This document shows, piece after piece, positions 11,624 to 21,637 of a stretch of 64,000 nucleotides of DNA (position 1 is the first letter of the stretch; every line of letters starts with the position of its first letter). The stretch is taken from positions 32,001 through 96,000 of the forward strand of contig CAWDLW010000015.1 of assembly GCA_963803145.1 (NCBI GenBank), written 5' to 3'. The translations under genes were made by a program, and so were the position numbers. The notes under the pieces are model-generated. The model was not told the origin of the DNA. It ran no database searches and worked only from the letters and a program-made list of their open reading frames with translations. Source of the stretch: Methanotrichaceae archaeon (GTDB lineage Archaea > Halobacteriota > Methanosarcinia > Methanotrichales > Methanotrichaceae).

Positions 11624-11903
11624 TGCCCATATTAATACCATCAGGCTTCAAAAAGTTATTTATTACAGCCCAGGATAAAAGTGCTAACAACAGCATAGTT
11701 GGTAATATGTCGTTCTTCATACGAAACAGGATGTCTATCAGGCTCTATCAAGCCGAAGAAATGCCAGCCGTCCCATGGCAATCCTTGATATTAGGATGCT
11801 GCCTATGAGCCTGTAATAATATTCTAACTTGCTGTAGTTGAAGGGTAACTTATAGATAATAATAAAACATGGTTATTCATTGTAATTAAAGCTGGGGGTA
11901 GAA

Positions 11904-14900
11904 ATGACAGCCGAAAACCTTTCCCAAAGGGTAATCGAGCTTTCCCAACTCTTAGAGGAACTCCATGCAATGTGCATGAGCAATTCAGCAAATGCACCCG
12001 AAATTTTATCTAAAGCCTTGGAGAGTTTGCAAGCCAGCCTTGGGGAGCTGTCAGTAACTAAGGACGAGCTGTGCCAGCAGAACGATGCATTGCGCCAGAA
12101 CGAGGAAAAGTATCGCACTATCGTTGAGACCGCCAATGAGGGCATAATCATGGTCGATACAGAATCTCGAATAACCTATGTTAATAATAGGTTTGCTGAA
12201 ATGCTTGGATATACCCCGGAGGAATTGATCGGCAGGAACTCAGTTGATTTTTATGATAAGGAATACATTGCTCTGGCATTATCAAAGCGCGAACAACGGA
12301 GACAGTCGGGCGCAAAGGATAGTTTTGAGTTCAAACTGATTCGTAAAGACGGCTCAACGCTCTGGGTGATGGTGAACACATCATCGCTACTTGATAAAGA
12401 GGGCAAGTTTGCAGGTTCTCTGGGAATGCTAACAGATATCACCGAACGCAAGCTGGCAGAAGAGGCCCTGCGGGAAAGCAAGGAGAAGTATCGTGCTATT
12501 ATTGAGACAGCCAATGACGGAATTACAATTATTCAGAATGGTATAGTGAAATATGCAAACCCATATTTAGTGAAACTATGGGGTGGAACTTTTGAGGAGA
12601 TCATCGATACATCTTTTCTAAATTATATACATTCTGATGAACGTTCTAAGGTGATGGATCAGTATACCCGGCGCATGAGAGGTGAAAGCGTTGCATCAGT
12701 ATATGAAACAACGCTCATGCGGAAAGATGGAAGCAAAGTATATGTTGAGGTACGCGGGGATGTAATTACCTTTTGCGGGATGACTGCAGATCTCGTAATA
12801 GTCCGTGATACTACTGAGCGTAAGCGTCTGGGAGAGGAACTCAAAAAATCGGAGGAAAAATCCCGATTACTTATAAAATATGCGCCCAGCATGATCTACG
12901 AGGTCGATTTTAGAGGCCCCAAGTTTGTAAGCGTCAATGATGTGATGTGCTCGGTACTAGGCTATACCCAAGAGGAGCTTCTAGCAATGAGCCCTCTTGA
13001 TCTCTTGGAAGGCGAAAGCAAAAAGATCTTTCAGGACAGGATAGAGAAGCATCTTGCAGGGGATAGACCATCCGATTCGATAGAATACACAGGTAAGGCA
13101 AAAGATGGGCGCATAGTCTATGGTCTCCTAAATATTTCGTTTACTTATGAAGATGGAAAGCCGGTAGGGGCAGTAGTAGTCGCCCATGACATTACTGAAC
13201 GCAAGCGTATGGAAGAGGAGCTTCTCAGGTCCAAAGATGAGCTAGAGCGGAGGGTTCAGGAGAGGACAGCTGAGCTAGTTTGGATGAATCAGGAGCTTGA
13301 GTCTAACATCGAAGAGCTCAAGAAGGCAGAGGGATTATTGAAGCTCCAATATGATCTGGCTGTTGCCTTGAGCTCTGCCAGAGACCTGAATGAAGCCCTG
13401 AACTTGATAATGGATACCGCCCTAAAGGTAGAAAGCATTGATGGCGGAGCCATTTATTCTGTGAATGATGATGAAAGTGTAGATCTGATGCTACGCAAAG
13501 GCCTTTCAGATGAGTTCATCCAGGGCTGCTCCCACTACGATGCAGGTTCAATACGAGCTCTTATTGTTGCGTTTGGCGAAGAGATCTACAAGGATTTCAA
13601 TACTATCTGTAAACAGCCATTTAAGGATATTCCGAAGGAGGGCTTGAGATCTACAGCAATCCTTCCTGTGAAGTATAAAGGTCGAGTGATTGCTGATCTC
13701 AACCTTGCCTCCCGAACGTATGATGAAATTCCCTTTGAAGCCCGCACAACCCTGGGGGCCATAGCTGCTTCTATAGGAAGGGTTATCGCAAGGCTCAAGG
13801 CAGAGGATGAGCTGAGGAAGGCCAAGGAGGCTGCAGAAGCAGCCTTGCGTGCCAAATCCGAGTTTCTAGCTGTCATGAGCCATGAGCTTCGCACTCCTTT
13901 GAATGGTATCCTGGGGATGGCAGGCCTGCTGGCCATGGAGAACTTGAGCTACGAGCAGCGTGAGTCTGTCGATATTATTAGAAGCAGCAGCGAATCTCTT
14001 CTGGTAGTTATAAACGATATCCTGAACTTCACCAAGATAGAGAGCGGAAAGGTAGTTCTGGAAAAGAAGACCTTCAATCTGAGAGGATGCGTCAATGATG
14101 CTGTGAACCTGCTATCTTCCAAGGCCAAAGCGAAGGGCCTGGATATCGCTTGCTCCATAGATAAAAATATTCTTGAGACTATCATAAGCGATCAGCTGAG
14201 GCTACGACAGGTTCTATTGAACCTCTTGGATAATGCCATAAAATTTACTGATAAAGGCAGGATCGATGTTTCAGTGTCAGACGGCAATCTTGAGAACGGC
14301 AGGCAAGAGATCCTTTTCTCTATCAAAGATACAGGCATCGGCATATCAGAGAATGATATTTCGAAGCTTTTCCAGCCTTTCAGCCAGGTGGATATGTCGA
14401 ATACTCGCAAGTATGGAGGCACCGGGCTCGGATTGGCCATATCAAGACAGCTCGTTGAGTTAATGGGAGGCAAAATCTGGGTGGAATCCGAGGCAGGCAA
14501 GGGTTCTACATTCCATTTCACCATAATCGCTGAAGAGCTTGATGATAATGCCTCTGATAATTCCGGGCAGGCTTCGCAGACTAATGTACTGAAGAAAGGC
14601 CCTATGGGGAAATGCCGAGTTCTACTGGCTGAGGATAACCAGATGAATCGAGCTGTGACTTTGCGCATGCTCAAGAAGCTGGGATACACAGCAGATGCGG
14701 TAGCGAGCGGCAGGGAGGCAATAGAATCTTTACATGGCCAGCACTATGATCTCATATTAATGGATGTACAGATGCCCGATACCGACGGCCTGGAGGCCGC
14801 AAAGAAAATACGAAAGCTTTGGCCTGACAATGGTCCGAGGATAATTGCTCTCACAGCGCACGCCCTCGAAGGAGATAGAGAAAGATGCATCGAGGCTGGC

Positions 14901-14987
14901 ATGGATGATTACATCGCAAAGCCGGTTGCGATAGATGAGCTGGCAGAGTTGCTGAGCAGATATCAGCCGTCAAAGAATAGCCTGTAA
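11904..14987 (+). CDS. Hybrid sensor histidine kinase (3 PAS-GAF-HisKA-HATPase-REC)
   Basis: PAS/PAC repeats, MSHELRTPLN H-box, NAIKFT, DTGIG, GTGLGL, receiver DLILMDVQMP. Confidence 0.95.
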   Translation: MTAENLSQRVIELSQLLEELHAMCMSNSANAPEILSKALESLQASLGELSVTKDELCQQNDALRQNEEKYRTIVETANEGIIMVDTESRITYVNNRFAEMLGYTPEELIGRNSVDFYDKEYIALALSKREQRRQSGAKDSFEFKLIRKDGSTLWVMVNTSSLLDKEGKFAGSLGMLTDITERKLAEEALRESKEKYRAIIETANDGITIIQNGIVKYANPYLVKLWGGTFEEIIDTSFLNYIHSDERSKVMDQYTRRMRGESVASVYETTLMRKDGSKVYVEVRGDVITFCGMTADLVIVRDTTERKRLGEELKKSEEKSRLLIKYAPSMIYEVDFRGPKFVSVNDVMCSVLGYTQEELLAMSPLDLLEGESKKIFQDRIEKHLAGDRPSDSIEYTGKAKDGRIVYGLLNISFTYEDGKPVGAVVVAHDITERKRMEEELLRSKDELERRVQERTAELVWMNQELESNIEELKKAEGLLKLQYDLAVALSSARDLNEALNLIMDTALKVESIDGGAIYSVNDDESVDLMLRKGLSDEFIQGCSHYDAGSIRALIVAFGEEIYKDFNTICKQPFKDIPKEGLRSTAILPVKYKGRVIADLNLASRTYDEIPFEARTTLGAIAASIGRVIARLKAEDELRKAKEAAEAALRAKSEFLAVMSHELRTPLNGILGMAGLLAMENLSYEQRESVDIIRSSSESLLVVINDILNFTKIESGKVVLEKKTFNLRGCVNDAVNLLSSKAKAKGLDIACSIDKNILETIISDQLRLRQVLLNLLDNAIKFTDKGRIDVSVSDGNLENGRQEILFSIKDTGIGISENDISKLFQPFSQVDMSNTRKYGGTGLGLAISRQLVELMGGKIWVESEAGKGSTFHFTIIAEELDDNASDNSGQASQTNVLKKGPMGKCRVLLAEDNQMNRAVTLRMLKKLGYTADAVASGREAIESLHGQHYDLILMDVQMPDTDGLEAAKKIRKLWPDNGPRIIALTAHALEGDRERCIEAGMDDYIAKPVAIDELAELLSRYQPSKNSL

Positions 14988-15174
14988 ACTTTCTTTTGAG
15001 TTGGGCCCATGTGCCGGGTAGACCTCTAGTGGACGTGATTTCCCAAGACTTCCGGCTTTATTTATGTATTATAAAAAATCCTATTAGATATCAATCCACA
15101 GTTTATTTTTAATCCATATGTTTGAAATAGAATTTATATAAGTAGTTGCTTGTAGATAAGGGGGTTTTTGGTGA

Positions 15175-15561
15175 ATGGCGATTAGCCATATGCGCATTTT
15201 GCTTGCCGATGATAATGAATCAAATCGGAAAGTAACTATGCTTATGCTGGCTCGCCTGGGCTACAAATACGATGCAGTCTCAAGCGGATTTGAGGCAATC
15301 CAGGCCGTTAGCAATAGCCATTATGATCTGGTGCTTATGGATGTAGTCATGCCTGAAATAGATGGCCTGGAAGCCACTAGGGAAATACGCAAGATTGGCC
15401 AAAATGGGCTAAAAATAATAGCAATTACAGCCTACGTTGTTCCTGGTATCAGAGAGATGTGCCTGGAAGCAGGCATGGATGATTGTATTACAAAGCCTAT
15501 TAGAATTGGGGATCTGGCAGAGGTGCTGAAGAAATACCAGACGATACGGGATGGCCCATAG
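15175..15561 (+). CDS. Stand-alone response regulator receiver
   Basis: ILLADDN, DLVLMDVVMP, AITA, KP; no output domain. Confidence 0.93.
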   Translation: MAISHMRILLADDNESNRKVTMLMLARLGYKYDAVSSGFEAIQAVSNSHYDLVLMDVVMPEIDGLEATREIRKIGQNGLKIIAITAYVVPGIREMCLEAGMDDCITKPIRIGDLAEVLKKYQTIRDGP

Positions 15562-15902
15562 CTTTCTCCTGATGCAGGGCCTGCAGACAAGGATTGCCTC
15601 ATTAGTAGCGCTATCCATATTGTGCCCGGCAGAATAATAGACTTAAGATAATCCCAGAGCAGTGGTGCCTTCAGCGTTGTTTTCTATAGGCATGGTTTTC
15701 TGGAGGTCTCTCTTAGAGTAAGGTCTAGGGATAAGTGTAAAACCAACGTGCTTTGCCCTTACGTATTGTTATTAGTCTATATATCTTACTTAACATATAC
15801 ATGTAAATAGTGCCAAGCATAGCTAATAGATATTTTGATATTATAATTTTTGAGAAAAGGTTATATAAGTTGAGGCTTACAGATTCTAAGGGGTGGGAGC
15901 TG

Positions 15903-16286
15903 ATGGCCAGAGATAGCATCAACAATGTGCACATTTTGGTCGTTGAAGATAATGCCTCTAACAGAAGAGTAGCAAAGATAATGCTCGAGCGCCTGGGCTA
16001 CAAGGCTGACGTAGTCTCGAGTGGGCTTGAGGCTATAGAGGCCGTTCGCAATAGCCATTACGACCTGGTGCTTATGGATATTGTAATGCCGGAGATGGAT
16101 GGTCTCGAAGCTTCCAGAGAAATGCGTAAGCTCGGGCAAGAGAAGCTAAAAATAATAGCAATTACTGCCTACGTTGTTCCTGGTATTATGGAGATGTGCC
16201 TAAAAGCAGGTATGGATGATTGTATTACCAAGCCCATACGTATGAAGGATCTGGAACTAGCTCTGAAAAGGATTAATCGTCCTTGA
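15903..16286 (+). CDS. Stand-alone response regulator receiver (tandem paralogue)
   Basis: ILVVEDN, DLVLMDIVMP, KPIR; highly similar to the upstream receiver; probable start MARDS. Confidence 0.92.
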   Translation: MARDSINNVHILVVEDNASNRRVAKIMLERLGYKADVVSSGLEAIEAVRNSHYDLVLMDIVMPEMDGLEASREMRKLGQEKLKIIAITAYVVPGIMEMCLKAGMDDCITKPIRMKDLELALKRINRP

Positions 16287-16307
16287 ACAGGCAAGAATTG
16301 GATGCAT

Positions 16308-17000
16308 TTATTTGCTTTTTGCATCGTGCTTCCTCAGCATGCATACAACCTCCTCACGAGAGAGGTCGTACCAATTTCTGTAGGCATCTGCCACTGCAAA
16401 GCTATATCCCGACCTGATGTTTAGGCAGACTATCATGTCGACATAATTCGAGAGCATTTCTATTGTATTAAGAGAGGCTGTCGGAACCGCTACCACGATC
16501 ATTGCAGGCTTTCGCCTCCGAACCAGCTGGGCCGCAGCCATCATTGTATAGCCCGATGCGAGGCCATCATCCACCAATATTGCTATCTTGCCTTCGAGAT
16601 CCGGCATTGGTCTGCCCCGCCGGAAGATATTGTTCCTTGCTTCAAGCTCCGCCTTAACTGGCTCTGCAAGCTCCTCGATCTCCTCATCTGATAGCCTAAG
16701 CATTTTGACCATTGAATCGTTCAGGAGCATATCGCCCTCAAGGCTTATGGCCCCAAAGCCTGCCTCTGTGTTGCCGGGTATTGGTATCTTTCTTATTATT
16801 AGAAGATCGAATGGAAGATCTAAATATGAGGATGCAGCCAGTCCTACAGGCACGCCTCCTGATGGTATTGCCAGAACTATTGCATTTTTTCCGCGGAACT
16901 GCTCAAGCATTTTGGCGAGATGCACCCCGGCATCATCCCTGTCCTCAAATACAAAAGATTTGTTCCTAAACTCGGGATCGTCGATGACGGTAGCGGCCAT
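16308..17000 (-). CDS. Type I phosphoribosyltransferase family protein
   Basis: FEDRDDAG, LAIPSGGVPV, PRPP loop ILVDDGLASGYT. Confidence 0.9.
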   Translation of the reverse strand: MAATVIDDPEFRNKSFVFEDRDDAGVHLAKMLEQFRGKNAIVLAIPSGGVPVGLAASSYLDLPFDLLIIRKIPIPGNTEAGFGAISLEGDMLLNDSMVKMLRLSDEEIEELAEPVKAELEARNNIFRRGRPMPDLEGKIAILVDDGLASGYTMMAAAQLVRRRKPAMIVVAVPTASLNTIEMLSNYVDMIVCLNIRSGYSFAVADAYRNWYDLSREEVVCMLRKHDAKSK

Positions 17001-17300
17001 TTAAATCATCCATGGTTGAACTATATTCAATGATTTAAGATTATGTCTGTCATAATATATAAGCGCCTTGCGGGTTACATGCTATCGTTGCATCCAATTA
17101 TCAGTAGGCAATCATCCGAGATGTTTAAATATTATGATCACTAACTATTGGTTAGTAATATCGGATAAGCAGATTAGCATGTCGCATATAAGAATTGCTA
17201 ATATAATTAAGAATTATGTCTATACCGGTCAAAATAAAGTACGATAAATCAAAAGTGCATAAGTTTAAGTTAATAAGCTCGTCTAATAAATTGGAGTCCT

Positions 17301-19658
17301 ATGCCCATTGGTGTCTATATCTGTCACTGCGGCCTAAATATCGCAGGCGTCCTGAACGTTGTTGAGCTGAGAAGCTTTGCTGAGAAGCTGCCAGACGTAG
17401 TTGTGGCCAGGGACATCCCGTTTTCATGCTCTGATATCGGCCAGGAGCAGATTCAGAAGGACATTTCCGAATACAAGCTTGACCGCATTGTTGTGGCAGC
17501 ATGTTCTCCGAGGCTACATGAGCCCACATTCAGAAGGGCTATCGCCAAGGCGGGATTGAACCCCTATATGCTTGAGATGGCTAACATCAGAGAGCAATGT
17601 TCATGGGTTCACATGGACCAGCCTGCTCAGGCGACGCAGAAGGCAAAGGATCTAATTCGCATGGCTGTGGCAAAGGCCGCGCTCCTCAAGCCTCTTGAGA
17701 CCGAAAGCATCCCAGTCAGCAAGGATGTTCTTGTGATCGGCGGAGGAGTGGCCGGAATCGCTGCAGCTTTGGATATTGCAGATGCCGGACTTCATGTTTA
17801 TCTCGTCGAGCGCAGGCCAACAATTGGCGGATACATGGCGTTGTTAACGGATGTATTTCCCACAAACGATTGCTCTATTTGCGTCCTTGCGCCGAAGATG
17901 TCTGAGGTCTTCAATCATCCCAATATTACCCTTATCACCTATGCAGAGATTCTCAATATCGAGGGCAGTGTCGGCAACTTTACTGTGACGGGCACGAGGC
18001 GAGCCAGGTTCGTCGATGAGAAGCTCTGCAAGGGCTGCATAAATGAATGCGCTGGAGTATGTCCAGTAGAAGTTCCAAGCGAGTATGATTTCGGCATAGG
18101 CAAGAGAAAAGCGATTTATGTTCCATACCCTCAGGCAGTTCCCCTCGTTGCATGTGTAGATCCAACGGCATGCATCGGCTGCGCCCTCTGCGTCGAGGCA
18201 TGTCCCGCAAAGGCCGTCAAGTTCGAGCAGGAGCCGCAGGAGTTCAAGATCAATGTTGGCGCGATAATTGTATCCACAGGGTGGCAGCCCTTCGATGCGG
18301 CTCGCAAGGAGGAGTACGGCTACGGCAGGTACAGGGATGTTATAACTACGCTTCAGCTTGAGAGGATGTTAAACGCATCGGGCCCGACGAAAGGCGAGGT
18401 TGTCAGGCCATCAACGGGAAAGATAGCTGAGTCAATAGCATTCCTTCAGTGTGTGGGCTCAAGGGATGCGACAGTTGGCAATGTTTACTGCTCCCGCATC
18501 TGCTGTATGGCGTCTCTTAAGAACGCTCAGCTTGTAAAGGAAAAATATCCTAATACAGATATTACTATTTATTATATGGATCTCAGGGCCTGCGGTGAAG
18601 GCTATGAGGAATTTTATATTCGCGCGCAGAAGCTGGGGATTAACTTTGTGCGTGCGAGAGTCTCCAGGATAGACCAGGAAAACGGCGATATCTACGTGAT
18701 CTACGAAGATACAAACACTGGTGAAATCAAGAGAATAAGGTACGATATGGCCGTTCTCTCTATAGGCCTCGAACCGGACCAGAATGCGAGCGTTCTTGGC
18801 AATCTTCTCGGACTGTCTCGAAGACCTGACAGATTCTTCGAGATTGCACACCCAAAGATGAGGCCTGTCGAGGCTCATATCGATGGAGTCTTCATCGCAG
18901 GCTGTGCATCAGGCCCAAAGGATATACAGGCATCGATTGCCCAGGGCAGCGCCGCAGCTGCAAAGGCTATCAAGCTTCTGCAGAAGGGCGAGCTTCAGCT
19001 TGAGCCGACCTCAGCATACGTAAATCAGGACTTATGCACAAAGTGCAAGCTATGTGTCGATATCTGTCCTAAGAGAGCGATATCTGTGAAAAGCCCTGCA
19101 TATGTTGACGAGGCATCCTGCAAAGGATGCGGCTCCTGTGCTGCGGCTTGCCCAGTGAATGCTATAGATATGCGGCTCTTTTCTGATGAGCAGATTCTAG
19201 CCCAAGTTCGGGCCGCAACTGAGGATAAAAGCGAATTTCCACTAATCGTTGCGTTCTTGTGCAACTGGTGCAGTTATGGTGCGGCTGATCTGGCAGGCAC
19301 CTCAAGAATACAATATCCTACGAACGCACGAAATATCCGCGTCATGTGCGCAGGCCGGGTTGATCCGAGCTTCATTCTTGAGGCATTGAAGCGGGGTGCG
19401 GATGGAGTACTTGTCGCAGGCTGCCGTCTTGGAGAGTGCCATTACCAGAAGGGCAATTACCAGGCACTTCAGAGGGTGAATGTGCTCCGCGGCGTTCTAG
19501 AAAAGATAGGCATTAATCCTGGACGCGTGAAGATAATCTGGTGTGCTGCGAGTGAAGGCGAGATCTTCGCTCGCCAACTCAAGCAGTTCGTAGACGAGCT
19601 GAGGGCAATGGGGCCGGTTGGAACTGAGCTGAAAGGCAAGGAGGCGCCGCAAGAGTGA
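17301..19658 (+). CDS. hdrA: Heterodisulfide reductase subunit A fused to C-terminal MvhD domain
   Basis: GVYICHCG, CSPRLHEPTF, GGGVAG FAD motif, CSRICC, ferredoxin motifs; C-terminal FLCNWCSY..ADLAG, RVMCAGRV, GECHY (MvhD). Confidence 0.95.
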   Translation: MPIGVYICHCGLNIAGVLNVVELRSFAEKLPDVVVARDIPFSCSDIGQEQIQKDISEYKLDRIVVAACSPRLHEPTFRRAIAKAGLNPYMLEMANIREQCSWVHMDQPAQATQKAKDLIRMAVAKAALLKPLETESIPVSKDVLVIGGGVAGIAAALDIADAGLHVYLVERRPTIGGYMALLTDVFPTNDCSICVLAPKMSEVFNHPNITLITYAEILNIEGSVGNFTVTGTRRARFVDEKLCKGCINECAGVCPVEVPSEYDFGIGKRKAIYVPYPQAVPLVACVDPTACIGCALCVEACPAKAVKFEQEPQEFKINVGAIIVSTGWQPFDAARKEEYGYGRYRDVITTLQLERMLNASGPTKGEVVRPSTGKIAESIAFLQCVGSRDATVGNVYCSRICCMASLKNAQLVKEKYPNTDITIYYMDLRACGEGYEEFYIRAQKLGINFVRARVSRIDQENGDIYVIYEDTNTGEIKRIRYDMAVLSIGLEPDQNASVLGNLLGLSRRPDRFFEIAHPKMRPVEAHIDGVFIAGCASGPKDIQASIAQGSAAAAKAIKLLQKGELQLEPTSAYVNQDLCTKCKLCVDICPKRAISVKSPAYVDEASCKGCGSCAAACPVNAIDMRLFSDEQILAQVRAATEDKSEFPLIVAFLCNWCSYGAADLAGTSRIQYPTNARNIRVMCAGRVDPSFILEALKRGADGVLVAGCRLGECHYQKGNYQALQRVNVLRGVLEKIGINPGRVKIIWCAASEGEIFARQLKQFVDELRAMGPVGTELKGKEAPQE

Positions 19659-19975
19659 TGGATATAGAGAAGGATATGGAGGTCGAAGGCTCAGTTATCC
19701 GCTGCAAGCAGAAGACAAAGGAATCAGAAAAGAAATTGGATTACGATTACAAAAGATGTGCAGGCTGCTCCATATGTATAGATCTCTGTCCCAAGAAAGC
19801 ACTCTCAGAAGGGCCTCTGAAGGAGATCGCCAAAGGCATGGATGCGCCTCCGGTGTTGATAGATCTGGATTCATGCGTCTTTTGCGGGATGTGTGCGAAC
19901 TTCTGCCCACTGCATGCTTTTAGAATGACCATCGAGGAGAAGCCGCAGGAAGTAACAGCTACAGGAAGCGATTGA
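19655..19975 (+). CDS. 2x[4Fe-4S] ferredoxin
   Basis: CAGCSICIDLCP and CVFCGMCANFCP. Confidence 0.9.
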   Translation: MMDIEKDMEVEGSVIRCKQKTKESEKKLDYDYKRCAGCSICIDLCPKKALSEGPLKEIAKGMDAPPVLIDLDSCVFCGMCANFCPLHAFRMTIEEKPQEVTATGSD

Positions 19976-21114
19976 CAACGATGGCAGACAAAACTAAGAG
20001 TTTCAGTGAGCTCGAGCAATATCCGAAGCTGGTAGAGGAAGCTGTGCCGAACGAGAAGTGCCTGCCCTGCATACTCTGTGAGCCGGTCTGCCCAACGAAA
20101 GCGATAAAAGTTACATTTAATAAAACGAGAGATGACTTCGGCCCACTCAGGAAAGATATCGAGGGCAAGATAGAAATCGACAGGGAAAAGTGCAATCTCT
20201 GCGGCAGATGTGCCAGGTTCTGCAAGGCTTTTTTGCTTTTAGAGAAGGGCGAGAAGGAAAGGGAAAAGGAGCCGAGGGAGCTTGTTCCTTACGATCAATT
20301 GCTCGTTGACGAGGAGCTGTGCGATTATTGCGGCCTTTGCGCGTCACTCTGTCCTGAGGAGGCCATCAAGGTCGAGGGAAAGCCCCTGGATGAAGAGCTG
20401 AAGTTCGAGGGCAAGATAGAGATTGATAAAGATTTGTGCATAGGCTGTGGACGCTGTGCCTTGGTCTGCCCATACAAAGCGATGGATGTGAAGAAACCCT
20501 TCGAGGGCGAGATCAAAATGGTTGAGAAGCGCCTGATAAAATGCGATCCACAGGGCTGCCAGGCATGTTTCAATGTCTGTCCTGCAAAGTGCTGGTATGT
20601 AGATAGCCGCGGAAAGGCAGCGCCTGTAAAAGAGCAGTGCATCCTATGCGGAGCCTGTGCAAAGGCCTGCCCTGTCGATGCAATTGATGTTAGCAGATCT
20701 AAAGTCATCCACACAGCGATTGCAGAAACTCCCTGGGCAGCTGAATGGAGGGAGGCGATATCATCCATCATCACAGGCGAGCGGCAGCGGCCCGATGTGA
20801 GCATGGCTGTGGCACCTCCTGAAATTGAGAGGCCGCCGCTGCCCAAGCCTGAAAAGCCGAAGATAGATCCCGAGCTTCTAAAACTTGTGGACGAGGCCAT
20901 CTCTTCCCTTGAGCCGATATTGGAAAAGCCAAAGGTACGGCAGATCATGGAGCACGAAAATCCAGAGGAAGCGAGTGCCAAGATTGTGCAGCGGCTGAAG
21001 AAGGAAGTCTCGATGAAGAAAGGCACGGGGAGGAAAGGCACGGAGATGGAAGGCTCGAAGGAAGAAAGTTCGAGGAAGAAAGGCTTGAAGGAGGCCGCAG
21101 TGGGGGCGAAGTGA
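19972..21114 (+). CDS. Polyferredoxin (FwdF/FmdF-like)
   Basis: About six CxxCxxCxxxC(P) motifs. Confidence 0.88.
   Translation: MTTMADKTKSFSELEQYPKLVEEAVPNEKCLPCILCEPVCPTKAIKVTFNKTRDDFGPLRKDIEGKIEIDREKCNLCGRCARFCKAFLLLEKGEKEREKEPRELVPYDQLLVDEELCDYCGLCASLCPEEAIKVEGKPLDEELKFEGKIEIDKDLCIGCGRCALVCPYKAMDVKKPFEGEIKMVEKRLIKCDPQGCQACFNVCPAKCWYVDSRGKAAPVKEQCILCGACAKACPVDAIDVSRSKVIHTAIAETPWAAEWREAISSIITGERQRPDVSMAVAPPEIERPPLPKPEKPKIDPELLKLVDEAISSLEPILEKPKVRQIMEHENPEEASAKIVQRLKKEVSMKKGTGRKGTEMEGSKEESSRKKGLKEAAVGAK
20998..21087 (+). repeat. Six imperfect 15-bp tandem repeats encoding the polyferredoxin Lys/Glu-rich tail
   Basis: aagaaggaagtctcg/atgaagaaaggcacg/gggaggaaaggcacg/gagatggaaggctcg/aaggaagaaagttcg/aggaagaaaggcttg. 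Confidence 0.7.
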
Positions 21115-21115
21115 G

Positions 21116-21637
21116 ATGGCGGATAAGGAGTTCAAGCGGGAGGTTATAAGGCTGGCAGGGCCAGAGGTGCTGACCTGCATACAATGTGGAACATGCTCAG
21201 CAAGCTGTCCGACAGCGCATCTCATGAAGCCGAGCATTCGCAGGCTGATGAAGCTTGTTCTTGAGGGTGAGAAGGATGAGGCTCTTAGCAGCAATAGCAT
21301 ATGGCTGTGCACATCCTGCCAGCTCTGCACTGTGCGCTGCCCAAGAGGAATCAGGCCTAAGGCCGTTGTTGGTGCGCTGAAGGAAATTGCTGAAAAAGGA
21401 GGCATCAAAGGCCGGGACCAAGCTTACGATGAGGCGTTCCAGCGCCAGATAAAGGAATGTGGGCGGATATCAGAGCTTCCGCTTACAGGAGAATATATTC
21501 TTATTGAGCCCAAAGCAGCGGTCCAGGCAATGGAGATGGGGCTTGAGATGGCTTCAAAGGGAAAGATAAGCCTTGAGAAGGAGAAGGTCATGAGGCCCGA
21601 AGAGGTAAAAAGAATCATCGAGGAGCTGAGCAAATGA
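21116..21637 (+). CDS. hdrC: Heterodisulfide reductase subunit C
   Basis: CIQCGTCSASCP, IWLCTSCQLCTVRCPRG. Confidence 0.92.
   Translation: MADKEFKREVIRLAGPEVLTCIQCGTCSASCPTAHLMKPSIRRLMKLVLEGEKDEALSSNSIWLCTSCQLCTVRCPRGIRPKAVVGALKEIAEKGGIKGRDQAYDEAFQRQIKECGRISELPLTGEYILIEPKAAVQAMEMGLEMASKGKISLEKEKVMRPEEVKRIIEELSK

Noticed and set aside
11659-11819. TTATTACAG/CTGTAATAA inverted repeats as MITE ends
   Set aside because: Only 9 bp and AT-rich, with no target-site duplication and no second copy in the window.
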